Positions 9,538 through 19,499 of a stretch of DNA of 64,000 nucleotides are shown here, piece by piece. Both the position numbers and the translations under genes were made by a program. The notes beneath the pieces are model-generated. The model made no database searches and was not told the origin of the DNA. It worked only from the letters and a program-made list of their open reading frames with translations. Source of the stretch: an uncultured Gammaproteobacteria bacterium (GTDB lineage Bacteria; Patescibacteriota; Microgenomatia; CAYXHB01). The stretch's first letter is position 1. Each line of letters begins with the position of its first letter. The stretch is taken from positions 25,655 to 89,654 of the forward strand of contig CAZLQM010000001.1 in assembly GCA_964561945.1 (NCBI GenBank), written 5' to 3'.

Positions 9538-11979
9538 TTAGGATATTACCAATGGTTTGACTTGAATCTTTTTGGTAGGGTGAGGCTGAAAATTTATTAA
9601 GGCAAGAGGCAAGACCTCGTCAAGGTGAGATACGGGGACTATGTCTAGATCTTTCTTGACTTTTAGAGGAATTTCTTCAAGATCCTTGATATTATCTTTG
9701 GGAATTAAAACTCGTTTGATGCCCGCTTTGTGGGCTGCGATTAATTTTTCTTTGAGTCCGCCAATTTCTGTAACCCGACCTCGCAAGGTAATTTCGCCTG
9801 TCATGGCAACTTCTTTGTGGGTTGGCGTATTAGTGAAGGCTGAAGTTAGAGCTGTAGCAATGGCAGCACCCGCAGATGGTCCGTCTTTGGGGACAGCTCC
9901 TTCGGGTACGTGGATATGAACATTGATTTTGCTGGCATCTTTGGAATCAATTCCCCAATCCGGCGATCTCATTCTAATATATGTAAATGCAGCTTTGGCT
10001 GACTCCTGCATAACTTGACCAAGTTGACCTGTCAACAAAAGAGTGCCCTTGCCATTGGGTACAATTCCAACTTCAATGAAAAGGATATCTCCACCAACGG
10101 GCGTATAGGCAAGTCCCGTAGCGATACCGATGCCGTCTTCTGTATCGGCAAGCTGTGAAGAAAACTTAGGCGGTCCAAGGTATTTGCCAAGATCAGATTG
10201 TTTGATTTTGATGGTTGAAGTCTTGGGTTTTTCGGAATACATGCGAGCGATTTTGCGCGATATTTGTGCTATATTCCGCTCGAGCTCCCTAACTCCTGCC
10301 TCGCGAGTATAGCGATTAATAATTTGATGGAGGGCGGAGTCCTCGAGTTTGATTTTCACATCATCTAACCCGTGACGCTCAATTTGTTTGTTAACTAGAT
10401 ATTTTTTGGCAATTTGAAATTTTTCGTCTTCAGTGTAAGAAGAGAATTTGATAATTTCTAAGCGATCACGCAAGGCAGGTGGAATTGTATCAAGCATATT
10501 GGCTGTTGCAATAAACATAACTTGAGAGAGATCAAAAGGAACTTCTAAATAATGATCTGAGAATTCATGGTTTTGTTCTGGGTCAAGGGCTTCGAGCAAT
10601 GCAGCTGAAGGATCGCCACGCATGTCCATGCCCATTTTATCGATTTCATCGAGCATGAAAACAGGATTTTTGGTGCCTGCGGTTTTGATACCTTGAATAA
10701 TTCTACCCGGCAAAGCTCCGACATATGTACGGCGATGACCTCTAATTTCAGCTTCATCACGAACTCCACCTAATGAAACCCGAATAAATTCACGACCTAA
10801 GCTCTTGGCAATTGATTTTCCGATTGAAGTTTTGCCAACTCCTGGAGGACCAACGAAACAAAGAATAGCAGGGATAAAGTTTTCTTTTTTGGATTTGTCC
10901 TTGGACTTTTGTGCGTTTTTACGCATATTCATAACTGCCAAAAACTCAATGATGCGCTCTTTGATTTTGGCTAGTCCGTAGTGATCTTTTTCGAGAATTT
11001 CGATGGCATCTTTGAGAGATTTGTCATCATTAGTTGCTTTGGACCAAGGCATGTCGGTTAACCATTCGAGATAATTGCGGATATAGCCTGACTCCGGATT
11101 ATTAACTGACATATTTGATAAGCGTTTGAGTTCTTTGTCTGCCCTTATTTTGACTTCTTTGGGCATTTGGGCTTTTTTGATTTTCTTCTTGAGCTCAGCG
11201 ATTTCGGGATCTTGATCATCAGCATCAATACCTAGTGTATTTAGCTCGGCATCAATGGTTTTTCTGCGTTCTCTAAGAACTGCTTCACGCATGGATTTGT
11301 TGATACGTTTCTGGGTTTTGGTGGCTATTGATTGCTCAAGCTCGAGAACTTTGACCTCGCGTGTCAAGTGAGCAATGATCAGATTAAGACGTTCTTGGAT
11401 AGATGAAGTCTCGAGAATCTGTTGTTTATCAGGAATGCTGATTTCTAGTGATGAAGCAATTTGATCACAAAGTTCGGTTTCACTGACGCCTGCCATTAGT
11501 CTCATAAAAATACTAAGATCTACACCTTTGCCAAGATTGACAGCTTGTTTGAATAAATTAGTAAGATGCTTGGAAAGAGCGGTAATTTCATCGCCGTGAT
11601 TATCGCTATCTTCAATGGGAGTTATCTGAGCCATCCAAAACTGTCCCTCTGTGTTAACACGGCTAATTGACACACGTTGGATGCCTTTGACTAGAGCATG
11701 GATGACGCCCTCGATGGTGAGGATTTTGTCAATTTGAATTTGGACACCAATACTATAGAGGTCATCTGGTGTGGGATCTGTGACAGCTGAGTCTTTTTGA
11801 GTTACGAGACAGATGGTTTTGCCGAATTGTTCAGCTGCGTTGACGGCTGCGACTGATTTGGATCTGCCAAAGGTAAGCACAGGTTCAGTATGTGGAAAGA
11901 TTACAACGTCCCGAACAGGAACTAAAGGAACTTCTTTGGAAGTAGAAGGGTTGGTTACATCAGGTAACAAAGTAGTCAT
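9538..11979 (-). CDS. lon: ATP-dependent Lon protease (full length: LAN, AAA+ and S16 peptidase domains)
   Basis: 'GPPGVGKTSIGKSIA', 'RGHRRTYVGALPGR' and catalytic 'PKDGPSAGAAIATAL' in an 813-aa ORF. Confidence 0.95.
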   Translation of the reverse strand: MTTLLPDVTNPSTSKEVPLVPVRDVVIFPHTEPVLTFGRSKSVAAVNAAEQFGKTICLVTQKDSAVTDPTPDDLYSIGVQIQIDKILTIEGVIHALVKGIQRVSISRVNTEGQFWMAQITPIEDSDNHGDEITALSKHLTNLFKQAVNLGKGVDLSIFMRLMAGVSETELCDQIASSLEISIPDKQQILETSSIQERLNLIIAHLTREVKVLELEQSIATKTQKRINKSMREAVLRERRKTIDAELNTLGIDADDQDPEIAELKKKIKKAQMPKEVKIRADKELKRLSNMSVNNPESGYIRNYLEWLTDMPWSKATNDDKSLKDAIEILEKDHYGLAKIKERIIEFLAVMNMRKNAQKSKDKSKKENFIPAILCFVGPPGVGKTSIGKSIAKSLGREFIRVSLGGVRDEAEIRGHRRTYVGALPGRIIQGIKTAGTKNPVFMLDEIDKMGMDMRGDPSAALLEALDPEQNHEFSDHYLEVPFDLSQVMFIATANMLDTIPPALRDRLEIIKFSSYTEDEKFQIAKKYLVNKQIERHGLDDVKIKLEDSALHQIINRYTREAGVRELERNIAQISRKIARMYSEKPKTSTIKIKQSDLGKYLGPPKFSSQLADTEDGIGIATGLAYTPVGGDILFIEVGIVPNGKGTLLLTGQLGQVMQESAKAAFTYIRMRSPDWGIDSKDASKINVHIHVPEGAVPKDGPSAGAAIATALTSAFTNTPTHKEVAMTGEITLRGRVTEIGGLKEKLIAAHKAGIKRVLIPKDNIKDLEEIPLKVKKDLDIVPVSHLDEVLPLALINFQPHPTKKIQVKPLVIS

Positions 11980-12023
11980 ATTTTAGCACTCTATCATATG
12001 GGTTGCTAAGAGTCAACCTGTGT

Positions 12024-12455
12024 TTAGTTAAACAAATATGAATGAACAGCGATTGCAATTGTAGCTCCCATAATGGCACCTATTAAAACATCGTACCATG
12101 TATGGATATGTACCATAATTCGAGAAATCCCAACTATTATTGAAGCAATAATCAGGGTGATCCCAATAATCGAATTGAAATAAAATAAACTTACTGCTGC
12201 GGTCATTGAAGCTGCGGTATGGCCGGATGGGAAACTTTTGTCTGTGGGCGGATCATCCATAAGTGATTTCTTGCCAGATCGAATATATGGTCTGGGTTGG
12301 TTGGTTAATTCCTTGAGGATGATGATGATAAAGGTTGTAATTGATAAGGCTATTAAAGACTTAAGACTGAATTTATACTGACCTAGTAATCCAATAAGAA
12401 TTATTGGAGCAATAAGGAAGGAAATAAGGTATTTGGCGACAAATTCTATGAGCAT
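12024..12455 (-). CDS. PAP2-family phosphatase (undecaprenyl-diphosphate/phosphatidate phosphatase-like)
   Basis: PAP2 motifs 'KSFPSGHTA' and 'SRIMVHIHTWYDVLIGA' in a multi-TM ORF. Confidence 0.8.
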   Translation of the reverse strand: MLIEFVAKYLISFLIAPIILIGLLGQYKFSLKSLIALSITTFIIIILKELTNQPRPYIRSGKKSLMDDPPTDKSFPSGHTAASMTAAVSLFYFNSIIGITLIIASIIVGISRIMVHIHTWYDVLIGAIMGATIAIAVHSYLFN

Positions 12456-12554
12456 TGATTGATTATAAACTAAGAAAATAATTTAGATTAGTGTGTACAT
12501 CGAGCAAATTATTTATTTGTATTGCGTGTATACAAATGCTACGATGTTGGGTAC

Positions 12555-13121
12555 ATGAGCAATAGCTTATTAGCGGATGCCACGACGATAACGGGACTAA
12601 GTGACACGGGTCAAAGTGGTCTGGATACGGTAGGCACGTCCTGGGTGGGATTAGCAATGGCATTGATAATTTGTTTGGTTCTTTTGGTAGCAGCGATATT
12701 ACTAATACCCAGATTCTTCGATAAAATGCTAAACATTGGACCGATAATGGGAATAGTAGCTTTGGTCGGAGCCGGAATAGCTTTTCCATATGCTGTTAAT
12801 TTAGCGCTGACCCCAACTCGAACATCCACAAGTGCTTCAGCTGATATAAACGTTGGAGATATAGAGTTCTTGCCAACAACCAATGGAATGCTAACTATCA
12901 GATGGACTACTAATAAAGCCGCCTTGTCGGCTGTCAGATATGGAATTAAAGAAACGGTCCTTGATAAAGCTGCTTTTCCAGAAGATCCAGGAACCAAGAA
13001 AACGAATCATGAAGCTGTGATAGTTGGCTTGGAGTCAGGGAAAAAATATTATTTTGAAATAATTATTGGAGAGAAGAGGTTTAACAAAGATGGTAAGCCC
13101 TTGGAATACTTGATGCCTTAG
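12555..13121 (+). CDS. membrane-anchored protein with a single FN3-like domain resembling purple-acid-phosphatase N-terminal domains
   Basis: TM helix, then 'LTIRWTT...AVRYG...HEAVIVGLESGKKYYFEI', with no phosphatase domain. I preferred it over the antisense ORFs 12463-12789 and 12611-12997, which are low-complexity. Confidence 0.45.
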   Translation: MSNSLLADATTITGLSDTGQSGLDTVGTSWVGLAMALIICLVLLVAAILLIPRFFDKMLNIGPIMGIVALVGAGIAFPYAVNLALTPTRTSTSASADINVGDIEFLPTTNGMLTIRWTTNKAALSAVRYGIKETVLDKAAFPEDPGTKKTNHEAVIVGLESGKKYYFEIIIGEKRFNKDGKPLEYLMP

Positions 13122-13136
13122 AATGAAACATGGGAA

Positions 13137-14588
13137 TTATGATTCAGGTCTGAGTGTGGGGAAAAGGATGACATCTTTGATCGTGGGTTGATCGGTCATA
13201 AATGCAACTACCCTATCGATGCCCATGCCCCAACCTGCAGTTGGTGGCATGCCATACTCGAGAGCTCTTATGTAATCTAAGTCGGTTTCTTGGTATTCTT
13301 CAGCCCCTGAGTCTTTGGCTTGAGACTCCTCTGTCCAGCGCGAGGCTTGGTCAATAGGATCATTCAGTTCGTTATAAGCTTTGAGATATTCATGCCCTGC
13401 AATTAATAATTGAAAGCTTGACACCTTGGTTGGATCGTCTTCTTTACGTTTGGCTAGGGGTAACATTTGAGTAGGATAGTCTGTTAAAAATATTGGTCCG
13501 TCTAGTTGAGGTCTAATATGATGTTTGTATAATTCATCCAAAATTTTGCCATAACCTGCAAGAGGGACATTAGCGGGAAGTAAGTTATTTTGAGTTACGA
13601 ATTCTATAAGTTGGCTTTCGGTATTTATTAGGTCAATGTCTAATTTTAGGTGGTCTAGAAGTAAGCTATGGAAAGTGACTCTAGGCCAATTAACACTAAA
13701 GTCATAAACCCTACCTTGATATGTGATTTCTAGACTGTTAAAAACTGATTTGAGGATGTACCGCCACAAATCTTGCGTAAAATCCATCAGCATATTGTAG
13801 TCAGCATAAGCCCAGTAAAATTCGACTTGGGTAAATTCAGGGTTGTGTTCTTTGCTCATCCCTTCGTTACGAAAATCTTTAGCAACTTCGTAAACTTTTT
13901 CAAAACCTCCAACGATTAATCTTTTGAGATATAATTCATTGGAAATACGCAAGAAAAGATCACTATCTAGAGCATTGTGATGTGTCAAAAAGGGCTTGGC
14001 GGTAGCACCACCATAGATTGGTTGCAACACTGGTGTCTCAACTTCAAGGAAACCATTGTCGTCGAGAAATTTCCTGATGGCTGTTAGAATCTTAGATCTG
14101 ATGACAAAAACCCTCTTTACTTCTGGATTAACGATTAAGTCTACATATCTTTGGCGATATCGTTCTTCAACATCGGTTAAGCCGTGCCACTTTTCAGGTA
14201 ATGGTCGAATTGACTTAGAGAGCAATTGAAGCCTATTTACGAAAAGTGAAATTTCTCCTGATTGGGAAGAAGATATTTCTCCGGTGGTGAGAACAAAATC
14301 TCCGACATCTAAGTTTTCGACAATTTTCCAGTTGTCACTACTGATAAGATCAGCTTTGAACATCAATTGGATCTGTCCTGATGTGTCAACAAGGTCGGCA
14401 AAAATTAATTTACCATGTCCACGTTTGGCGATTATTCGGCCTGCAATCGTTTGGGTAGTAGAAAGTGTTTTAGCTGATTCAATTAAGGTTCTTTCGCCTG
14501 AATACTGAGGATAAGAATTAATGTTTTGGGACGTGAGGTTTTGGATTTTTTTAAGTCTGTCTTGGCGAATATCGTCGAGTCGTGACAT
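13137..14588 (-). CDS. lysS: lysine--tRNA ligase, class II
   Basis: 483-aa ORF with an OB anticodon-binding N-domain and class-II core motifs such as 'FRNEGMSKEHNPEFT'. Confidence 0.93.
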   Translation of the reverse strand: MSRLDDIRQDRLKKIQNLTSQNINSYPQYSGERTLIESAKTLSTTQTIAGRIIAKRGHGKLIFADLVDTSGQIQLMFKADLISSDNWKIVENLDVGDFVLTTGEISSSQSGEISLFVNRLQLLSKSIRPLPEKWHGLTDVEERYRQRYVDLIVNPEVKRVFVIRSKILTAIRKFLDDNGFLEVETPVLQPIYGGATAKPFLTHHNALDSDLFLRISNELYLKRLIVGGFEKVYEVAKDFRNEGMSKEHNPEFTQVEFYWAYADYNMLMDFTQDLWRYILKSVFNSLEITYQGRVYDFSVNWPRVTFHSLLLDHLKLDIDLINTESQLIEFVTQNNLLPANVPLAGYGKILDELYKHHIRPQLDGPIFLTDYPTQMLPLAKRKEDDPTKVSSFQLLIAGHEYLKAYNELNDPIDQASRWTEESQAKDSGAEEYQETDLDYIRALEYGMPPTAGWGMGIDRVVAFMTDQPTIKDVILFPTLRPES

Positions 14589-14653
14589 ATGAACGTATTG
14601 TATCAGAAAAGTAGATATCGATGAGAAATCACGCGCGGAAAAACTGAATAAAA

Positions 14654-15121
14654 CTACTCGACGGAAACTATCTGGTACTCAACCATTCCAGATGGAGCTT
14701 TTACTTGGGCTACATCGCCAATTTTTTTGCCTCCGATGGCTGCGCCTATTGGAGAAGATAGAGATATTTTGTTTTGCTTAGGATCGGCTTCCATGTCTCC
14801 AACTATGTTATAGATAATTTCATTTTTTTTGTTGGCTATTTTGAGAATTACCTTACTGCCAATGCCAATAGAATCTCCAGATTTAGTATGAACAACTTGA
14901 GCATTAGAAAGAACTTCTTCTAGCTCAGAAATTCTGTCGTCCATAAATGCCAGTTCTTCTCTGGCTGAAATATAATCACTATTTTCGGAAAGATCGCCTT
15001 GTTCACGGGCATGCGACAAACGATCAACCAACTTGGGTCGCTTGACTTCTTTGAGCGTATTGAGCTCTGCTTGGAGATCATTTATGCCATTGACGGTTAA
15101 ATGGACTTTTTTGGGTTTCAT
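14654..15121 (-). CDS. greA: transcription elongation factor GreA
   Basis: 155-aa ORF with N-terminal coiled coil and the acidic tip 'GDLSENSDYISAREE'. Confidence 0.9.
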   Translation of the reverse strand: MKPKKVHLTVNGINDLQAELNTLKEVKRPKLVDRLSHAREQGDLSENSDYISAREELAFMDDRISELEEVLSNAQVVHTKSGDSIGIGSKVILKIANKKNEIIYNIVGDMEADPKQNKISLSSPIGAAIGGKKIGDVAQVKAPSGMVEYQIVSVE

Positions 15122-15329
15122 AAATATTGAATTAGGTTAACACTCTATACTGAGGTATTTTTTTTGTCAAATGTATATCTGATATTAATACTTTAGGTTG
15201 ATAATATTGATAAATTTTGCACGACTATAAATAAAAAGTCTGTCTCGATAATTAGCAATATTATGTCCGAAGTAGAATTAAAATACCTTGAGAGCCGATA
15301 TAGTATCAGAGAGTTGTATAAAAAGCAAA

Positions 15330-15734
15330 TTACAACCAATATGCATAAATCCCACTCATAATTATGAACGACAACAAATAGTAAACAGAGTCAATTATGA
15401 ACAGTTTCTTGGGTCTATTGGCGAACAAAGTCGTAGTGAGCATCGTGGTGGCAACAAACCCAAACCAACACATAGCTCCGACTGTGATTGATTGCATGAA
15501 AGTATAAGGATTAACAGCAGCTATTACCTGAGACAACACATAGGCAATTACCAAGGCATTGAGCATAGCAATAGCGTAGTTGCTGTTAGATGCATTTGTT
15601 TTTTCTAAATTTTCACTAGGGCGTGCAACGAGGTTAAGCCAAGTTTTTTGCCAAAGTCGATACCAAATTGCGCCAAGGCCCATGTGAACTATCCCTGCAA
15701 CAAGAACCGCAAGCATATTAATTGAATAATTCAT
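15330..15734 (-). CDS. small 4-TM membrane protein, DUF1761-like
   Basis: 'MNYSINMLAVLVAGIVHMGLGAIWYRLWQKTW' N-terminus matches the DUF1761 pattern. I took the ATG at 15734 as start instead of the ORF-track TTG at 15749. Confidence 0.45.
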   Translation of the reverse strand: MNYSINMLAVLVAGIVHMGLGAIWYRLWQKTWLNLVARPSENLEKTNASNSNYAIAMLNALVIAYVLSQVIAAVNPYTFMQSITVGAMCWFGFVATTMLTTTLFANRPKKLFIIDSVYYLLSFIIMSGIYAYWL

Positions 15735-15811
15735 AATTAATTGCGCCAAGGCCCATGTGAACTATCCCTGCAACAAGAACCGCAAGCATATTAATTGAAT
15801 AATTCATAATT
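15666..15811. repeat. perfect tandem duplication of a 73-bp unit (copy 1 15666-15738, copy 2 15739-15811)
   Basis: The two copies are letter-for-letter identical: aattgcgccaaggcccatgtgaactatccctgcaacaagaaccgcaagcatattaattgaataattcataatt. Confidence 0.9.
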
Positions 15812-15836
15812 TAATTTAACAAATAAATAGTTGGAA

Positions 15837-16619
15837 TCAAAATTTGGAAATCAATTGGCTAGTACGTAGTACGAAGTTAATTAAGTAATGAGTGATTGTT
15901 CCGTGGTAGCGTTTACTACCAGGAATAAGCCTTTTCCAAGCGTGAGGGTTTGGTTGGCTGCTAGCACCATGATGATGAATGATCTCTGTCCTGGGATCAT
16001 AGATTATTTGGTAATTATTTTGTTTTAGACGTCGACAAAATTCCAAATCTTCAAAATACATAAAATAATCTGAATTTAGTTTGCCTATTTTTTGAAAGAC
16101 AGATCTGGGAATACACATACACGCCATCACAGCGGCTTCAACAGGGGTAGCTGTTGCGACTGAAGGTGCATATTTGGCGAAAGTAAAAGGTTGATGCAAC
16201 CAGTATTCCTTTATTGCTCCAGTTAGGGTTGGTAGTGGAAAAACGGAAGCTTGGATTGTACGGTCAGGATTGAGTAACTTAGGGACCGTGGCCCCAACTT
16301 GAGAGTTGGTAAAGTGCGAAGTTAAAGAATTAGAAATAGGCGTAAAAAGCTCAGTATCCGAATTAAGAAGAATAATGAATTCTGACTGAGATTGATCAAT
16401 TGCCAGATTGTTAGCCTTAGCAAAGCCAAGATTTTGGTCACAGGCAATAACTTGTGTGTGGGGGAATTTCTGTCTTATGCTAGCAACTGAGTCGTCCTGA
16501 GAACTATTATCTACAACGATAACTTTGCAATCAGTTTCATATTTATAAATTGAAGCAAGACAATCTAGCGTTAACTGTTGGGTATTGAAAGATGGAATAA
16601 TAAAAGTAACTTGAGCCAT
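15837..16619 (-). CDS. GT2 family glycosyltransferase
   Basis: 'FIIPSFNTQQLTLDCLASI', 'VIVVDNSSQDDS' and a DxD-like 'LNSDTEL'. Confidence 0.8.
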   Translation of the reverse strand: MAQVTFIIPSFNTQQLTLDCLASIYKYETDCKVIVVDNSSQDDSVASIRQKFPHTQVIACDQNLGFAKANNLAIDQSQSEFIILLNSDTELFTPISNSLTSHFTNSQVGATVPKLLNPDRTIQASVFPLPTLTGAIKEYWLHQPFTFAKYAPSVATATPVEAAVMACMCIPRSVFQKIGKLNSDYFMYFEDLEFCRRLKQNNYQIIYDPRTEIIHHHGASSQPNPHAWKRLIPGSKRYHGTITHYLINFVLRTSQLISKF

Positions 16620-16661
16620 TGGATATTTGTGTGACAGGCGATATGTATATTATAGTAAAAA

Positions 16662-17606
16662 TTGTATATGAGTGCTTTGATGATATCTGAGCAATTAAGA
16701 GGTGGAATTAGAAGCGAAGTAGATTTGTCGGGCAGAAGTAATAAGATTGACTCGCGTCCAATTGGGTCTTTGAGTCCTGTAGAGAAATGGCAGCGACTGG
16801 ATGAGGAAAAATTGGCTGATGTGAATGAAATAAGTGTGGCGCCTTCGAAATTTCCTTATGCCAAAGAACTGGGTCTTATGCTAGTTCCTCGATTTAAGGG
16901 CGAGCATCCACCGCGAGATGTGCGAGAAATTGAAAGAAAATGGGGCCTAAAAACCCTTCAGCATTTAAATAGAGGCGTAAATAACTTTATGAAAGAAAAA
17001 AGGGAAACTGATCAAGTCATATACGGTGTGAACGGAGGTCCGTTTAGATCAATTAGAGAACTAATTCATATTCAAGTAGCTGGTATAAAATCTCCAGAAT
17101 GGAATTATCTTGATGAGGAGTCCCTTGACGCATTTAAATTCGGGGTCAGAGGCTTGATTACAAATAATGTTGTGGGAAAAGAAATTACAGCTATCGTCGG
17201 AGAAAAAATTACAAATCTTTTCCCTAATTTTTTGTCCAGAGAAAGTTTACAAATCCGACCTTGTGGATCTGCATATTTTGATTTGAAGAACCATCTAAGT
17301 GAGGAAACAGATTTCTGCAAAGATCAGTTTGAAGTTTGGAAAACAGCAGATGCTATGATCCGAGAGGAATTTAACAAAAGAGACGTGGGATTGGAATACA
17401 GATGTCATGCCATTAGTTTTGGTCAGGAACAGGGAATTTGTAATGCGACCATGACAATTCACGCTGCCATTGCTTTTGGTAAAACAAATGGAGGAATCAT
17501 GGAAAGTAATAGGCTAATATTGTCTAGCCGGACAGAAAAATTAACTGAAGAGCAGAACGAGTTGTATTTTGCAACTGGAGATGAATTTGCACAAATGATG
17601 AATTAA
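16662..17606 (+). CDS. hypothetical cytoplasmic protein, 314 aa, no recognisable family
   Basis: Long ORF with codon usage like its neighbours. It is the only plus-strand gene in a run of minus-strand glycosyltransferases. Confidence 0.45.
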   Translation: MYMSALMISEQLRGGIRSEVDLSGRSNKIDSRPIGSLSPVEKWQRLDEEKLADVNEISVAPSKFPYAKELGLMLVPRFKGEHPPRDVREIERKWGLKTLQHLNRGVNNFMKEKRETDQVIYGVNGGPFRSIRELIHIQVAGIKSPEWNYLDEESLDAFKFGVRGLITNNVVGKEITAIVGEKITNLFPNFLSRESLQIRPCGSAYFDLKNHLSEETDFCKDQFEVWKTADAMIREEFNKRDVGLEYRCHAISFGQEQGICNATMTIHAAIAFGKTNGGIMESNRLILSSRTEKLTEEQNELYFATGDEFAQMMN

Positions 17607-18412
17607 TGATTTATTTTTCTTTTAAGTGCAAAGAATATGATTTTAGAATATCGTGGGTGTTTAATTAATCGAAGGAAAAGGAAAAAAATATGTATTGGCC
17701 ATTGTTGAAATGTTAAGAATTTCCAAGTGAATAGTAAGTGATTACGTTCTTGAATTTTAATTTTGTAAGTTTTATCTACGTATACCCCAATTGTTTTTTC
17801 GTGTTCATGTTGGACATGAGCATTGGGATTCCATAGATTTATCCAACCTAGTTTACTGGCCCGCATACAAATATCAATGTCTTCCCAATAAAATGGATCA
17901 TAAATAGAATCCAAACCTTGTAGCTGGTCCCAATATTTTTTGCGGAATGCCCCCGACCCTCCCGATACCCACATAGTTTGAGTAATTACTTTGGGTCTAG
18001 GAATCATAGGGTTGTGAGTAATATAACCTTGTGAAAAGCTAGCTACTGTGGGACCAAACTGAGGCTCAGAAAGAGAAACTGCAAAAATTGATGGGTCAGA
18101 AAAATCAGTATCGAGAAAGTGAAGGATATCTAAAGATGGGATAGCATCGAGATTTAATAAAATCACAATATCTGATGTAGCTAAAGCAACTCCTCTATTT
18201 ACAGTAGTACCAAACCCAAAATTCTTTTCGTTACGTCTAACAATTACATCGGGGAAATAATTCTTTATGTATTGATAATCATTTTGTGGTGAATGGTCAT
18301 CGATAATGATAAATTCATTGACTGGTAATTTAAGAATTTGAGGGAGATTTGTTTTGAGATGGTCCAGACCGTTCCAAGTAGGAATTACAACAGAATATGT
18401 AAATTTAGTCAT
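17603..18412 (-). CDS. GT2 family glycosyltransferase
   Basis: 'VVIPTWNGLDHL', 'IIIDDHSPQND' and 'LNLDAIP'. Overlaps 16662-17606 by 4 bp at convergent ends. Confidence 0.8.
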   Translation of the reverse strand: MTKFTYSVVIPTWNGLDHLKTNLPQILKLPVNEFIIIDDHSPQNDYQYIKNYFPDVIVRRNEKNFGFGTTVNRGVALATSDIVILLNLDAIPSLDILHFLDTDFSDPSIFAVSLSEPQFGPTVASFSQGYITHNPMIPRPKVITQTMWVSGGSGAFRKKYWDQLQGLDSIYDPFYWEDIDICMRASKLGWINLWNPNAHVQHEHEKTIGVYVDKTYKIKIQERNHLLFTWKFLTFQQWPIHIFFLFLRLIKHPRYSKIIFFALKRKINH

Positions 18413-18413
18413 A

Positions 18414-19478
18414 TTAAAGATTAGGAATAATTGTTTTGAAAGAATTGATAAATACTTGTTTTGAAAAATCTTGGGATCTTAATATAGCAGCTTTAGAAAG
18501 CATTTTTTGTTTGGGAGAATTTGATATTAATTTATGAGTTTGCCCAACCAATTCATCGATCGATGTAATTAAATAACCTGATTTATTAGTAATTATTTCT
18601 TTGAAACCTCCTTTATTAATAACCAAAGGAATACAACCTGCAGACATAGCTTCGACCAATGACATTCCAAAATGTTCACACTTTTCAGGATTCAATTCTT
18701 CATCTACATCAACACCAGCAAGTGACCAATAAAACCGCGACTGTTGATATAGTCGCTTGATTTGATCAAAGGAGGGGTTTAAGTGTATGTCAATTGGAAA
18801 TTCTTTGATATTTGAGTTGATTTCTTTAATTAAAGTATCTGAACCGACTTCCGTACTGCCAGCCAATACAAGTCGATAGTCTTTGATTCCCCCACTGTAC
18901 AACTTCTTAAATGCTTTGATTAATTGAACATGCCCTTTGTTTTGAAGAAGGGTGGAAAATCTGCCAACATATAATATCTGGTTTGTTTTTGAAATTGTTT
19001 GTGCGGTGAAATTATTAATTGGAGGATAAATAACTTGAGATTCGATATTAAATTCATGGTCTACAAATTTCTTGGTAAACTTGGAGTTAGAGATGAAATG
19101 ATGAATATATTTTTTTTTGAGGACGTTGACAATATTGTCGCCAGAGATATTATGAAATGGTACTTGAAAATGAATAATGTTAATTTTGCTTCCTACAAGC
19201 CAAGGAAGACTGCCGTCTGAAACAGAAAAGACTACATCATATTTTTTAAGATTGGAGTATCTATTGATCAAGGAGTCGTAGAAAAATGAAGGAACTAATT
19301 TAAATGGTGCAAGATTTAGTGAAAATTTATTACTTGCTTGAGTTCGGAGATTCTCTTGTTCATGCCATGCCAAGTCAATTTGATTACCTGATTTTTGCAT
19401 TGCTTCAATTAGGGTAAGGACGTAGAGTTCTCCACCGCCTAGCGAATCAAAATAAGGACTGTGAAACAATGCACGCAT
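18414..19478 (-). CDS. GT4 (GT-B fold, group-1) glycosyltransferase
   Basis: C-terminal E-x7-E-type motif 'EHFGMSLVEAMSAGCIPLV' in a 354-aa ORF. Confidence 0.8.
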   Translation of the reverse strand: MRALFHSPYFDSLGGGELYVLTLIEAMQKSGNQIDLAWHEQENLRTQASNKFSLNLAPFKLVPSFFYDSLINRYSNLKKYDVVFSVSDGSLPWLVGSKINIIHFQVPFHNISGDNIVNVLKKKYIHHFISNSKFTKKFVDHEFNIESQVIYPPINNFTAQTISKTNQILYVGRFSTLLQNKGHVQLIKAFKKLYSGGIKDYRLVLAGSTEVGSDTLIKEINSNIKEFPIDIHLNPSFDQIKRLYQQSRFYWSLAGVDVDEELNPEKCEHFGMSLVEAMSAGCIPLVINKGGFKEIITNKSGYLITSIDELVGQTHKLISNSPKQKMLSKAAILRSQDFSKQVFINSFKTIIPNL

Positions 19479-19499
19479 AAGGTTATGTTACCAGAAACT

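Noticed and set aside
12463-12997. Two minus-strand ORFs (108 aa and 128 aa) antisense to the FN3-domain gene
   Set aside because: Low-complexity translations without motifs; the plus-strand frame gives a coherent TM plus FN3 protein.
15122-15329. Search for tRNA genes in the longer intergenic regions (15122-15329, 44556-45177, 52955-53127, 53368-53501)
   Set aside because: No GGTTCGAATCC-type T-arm or cloverleaf-compatible sequence was seen on either strand.
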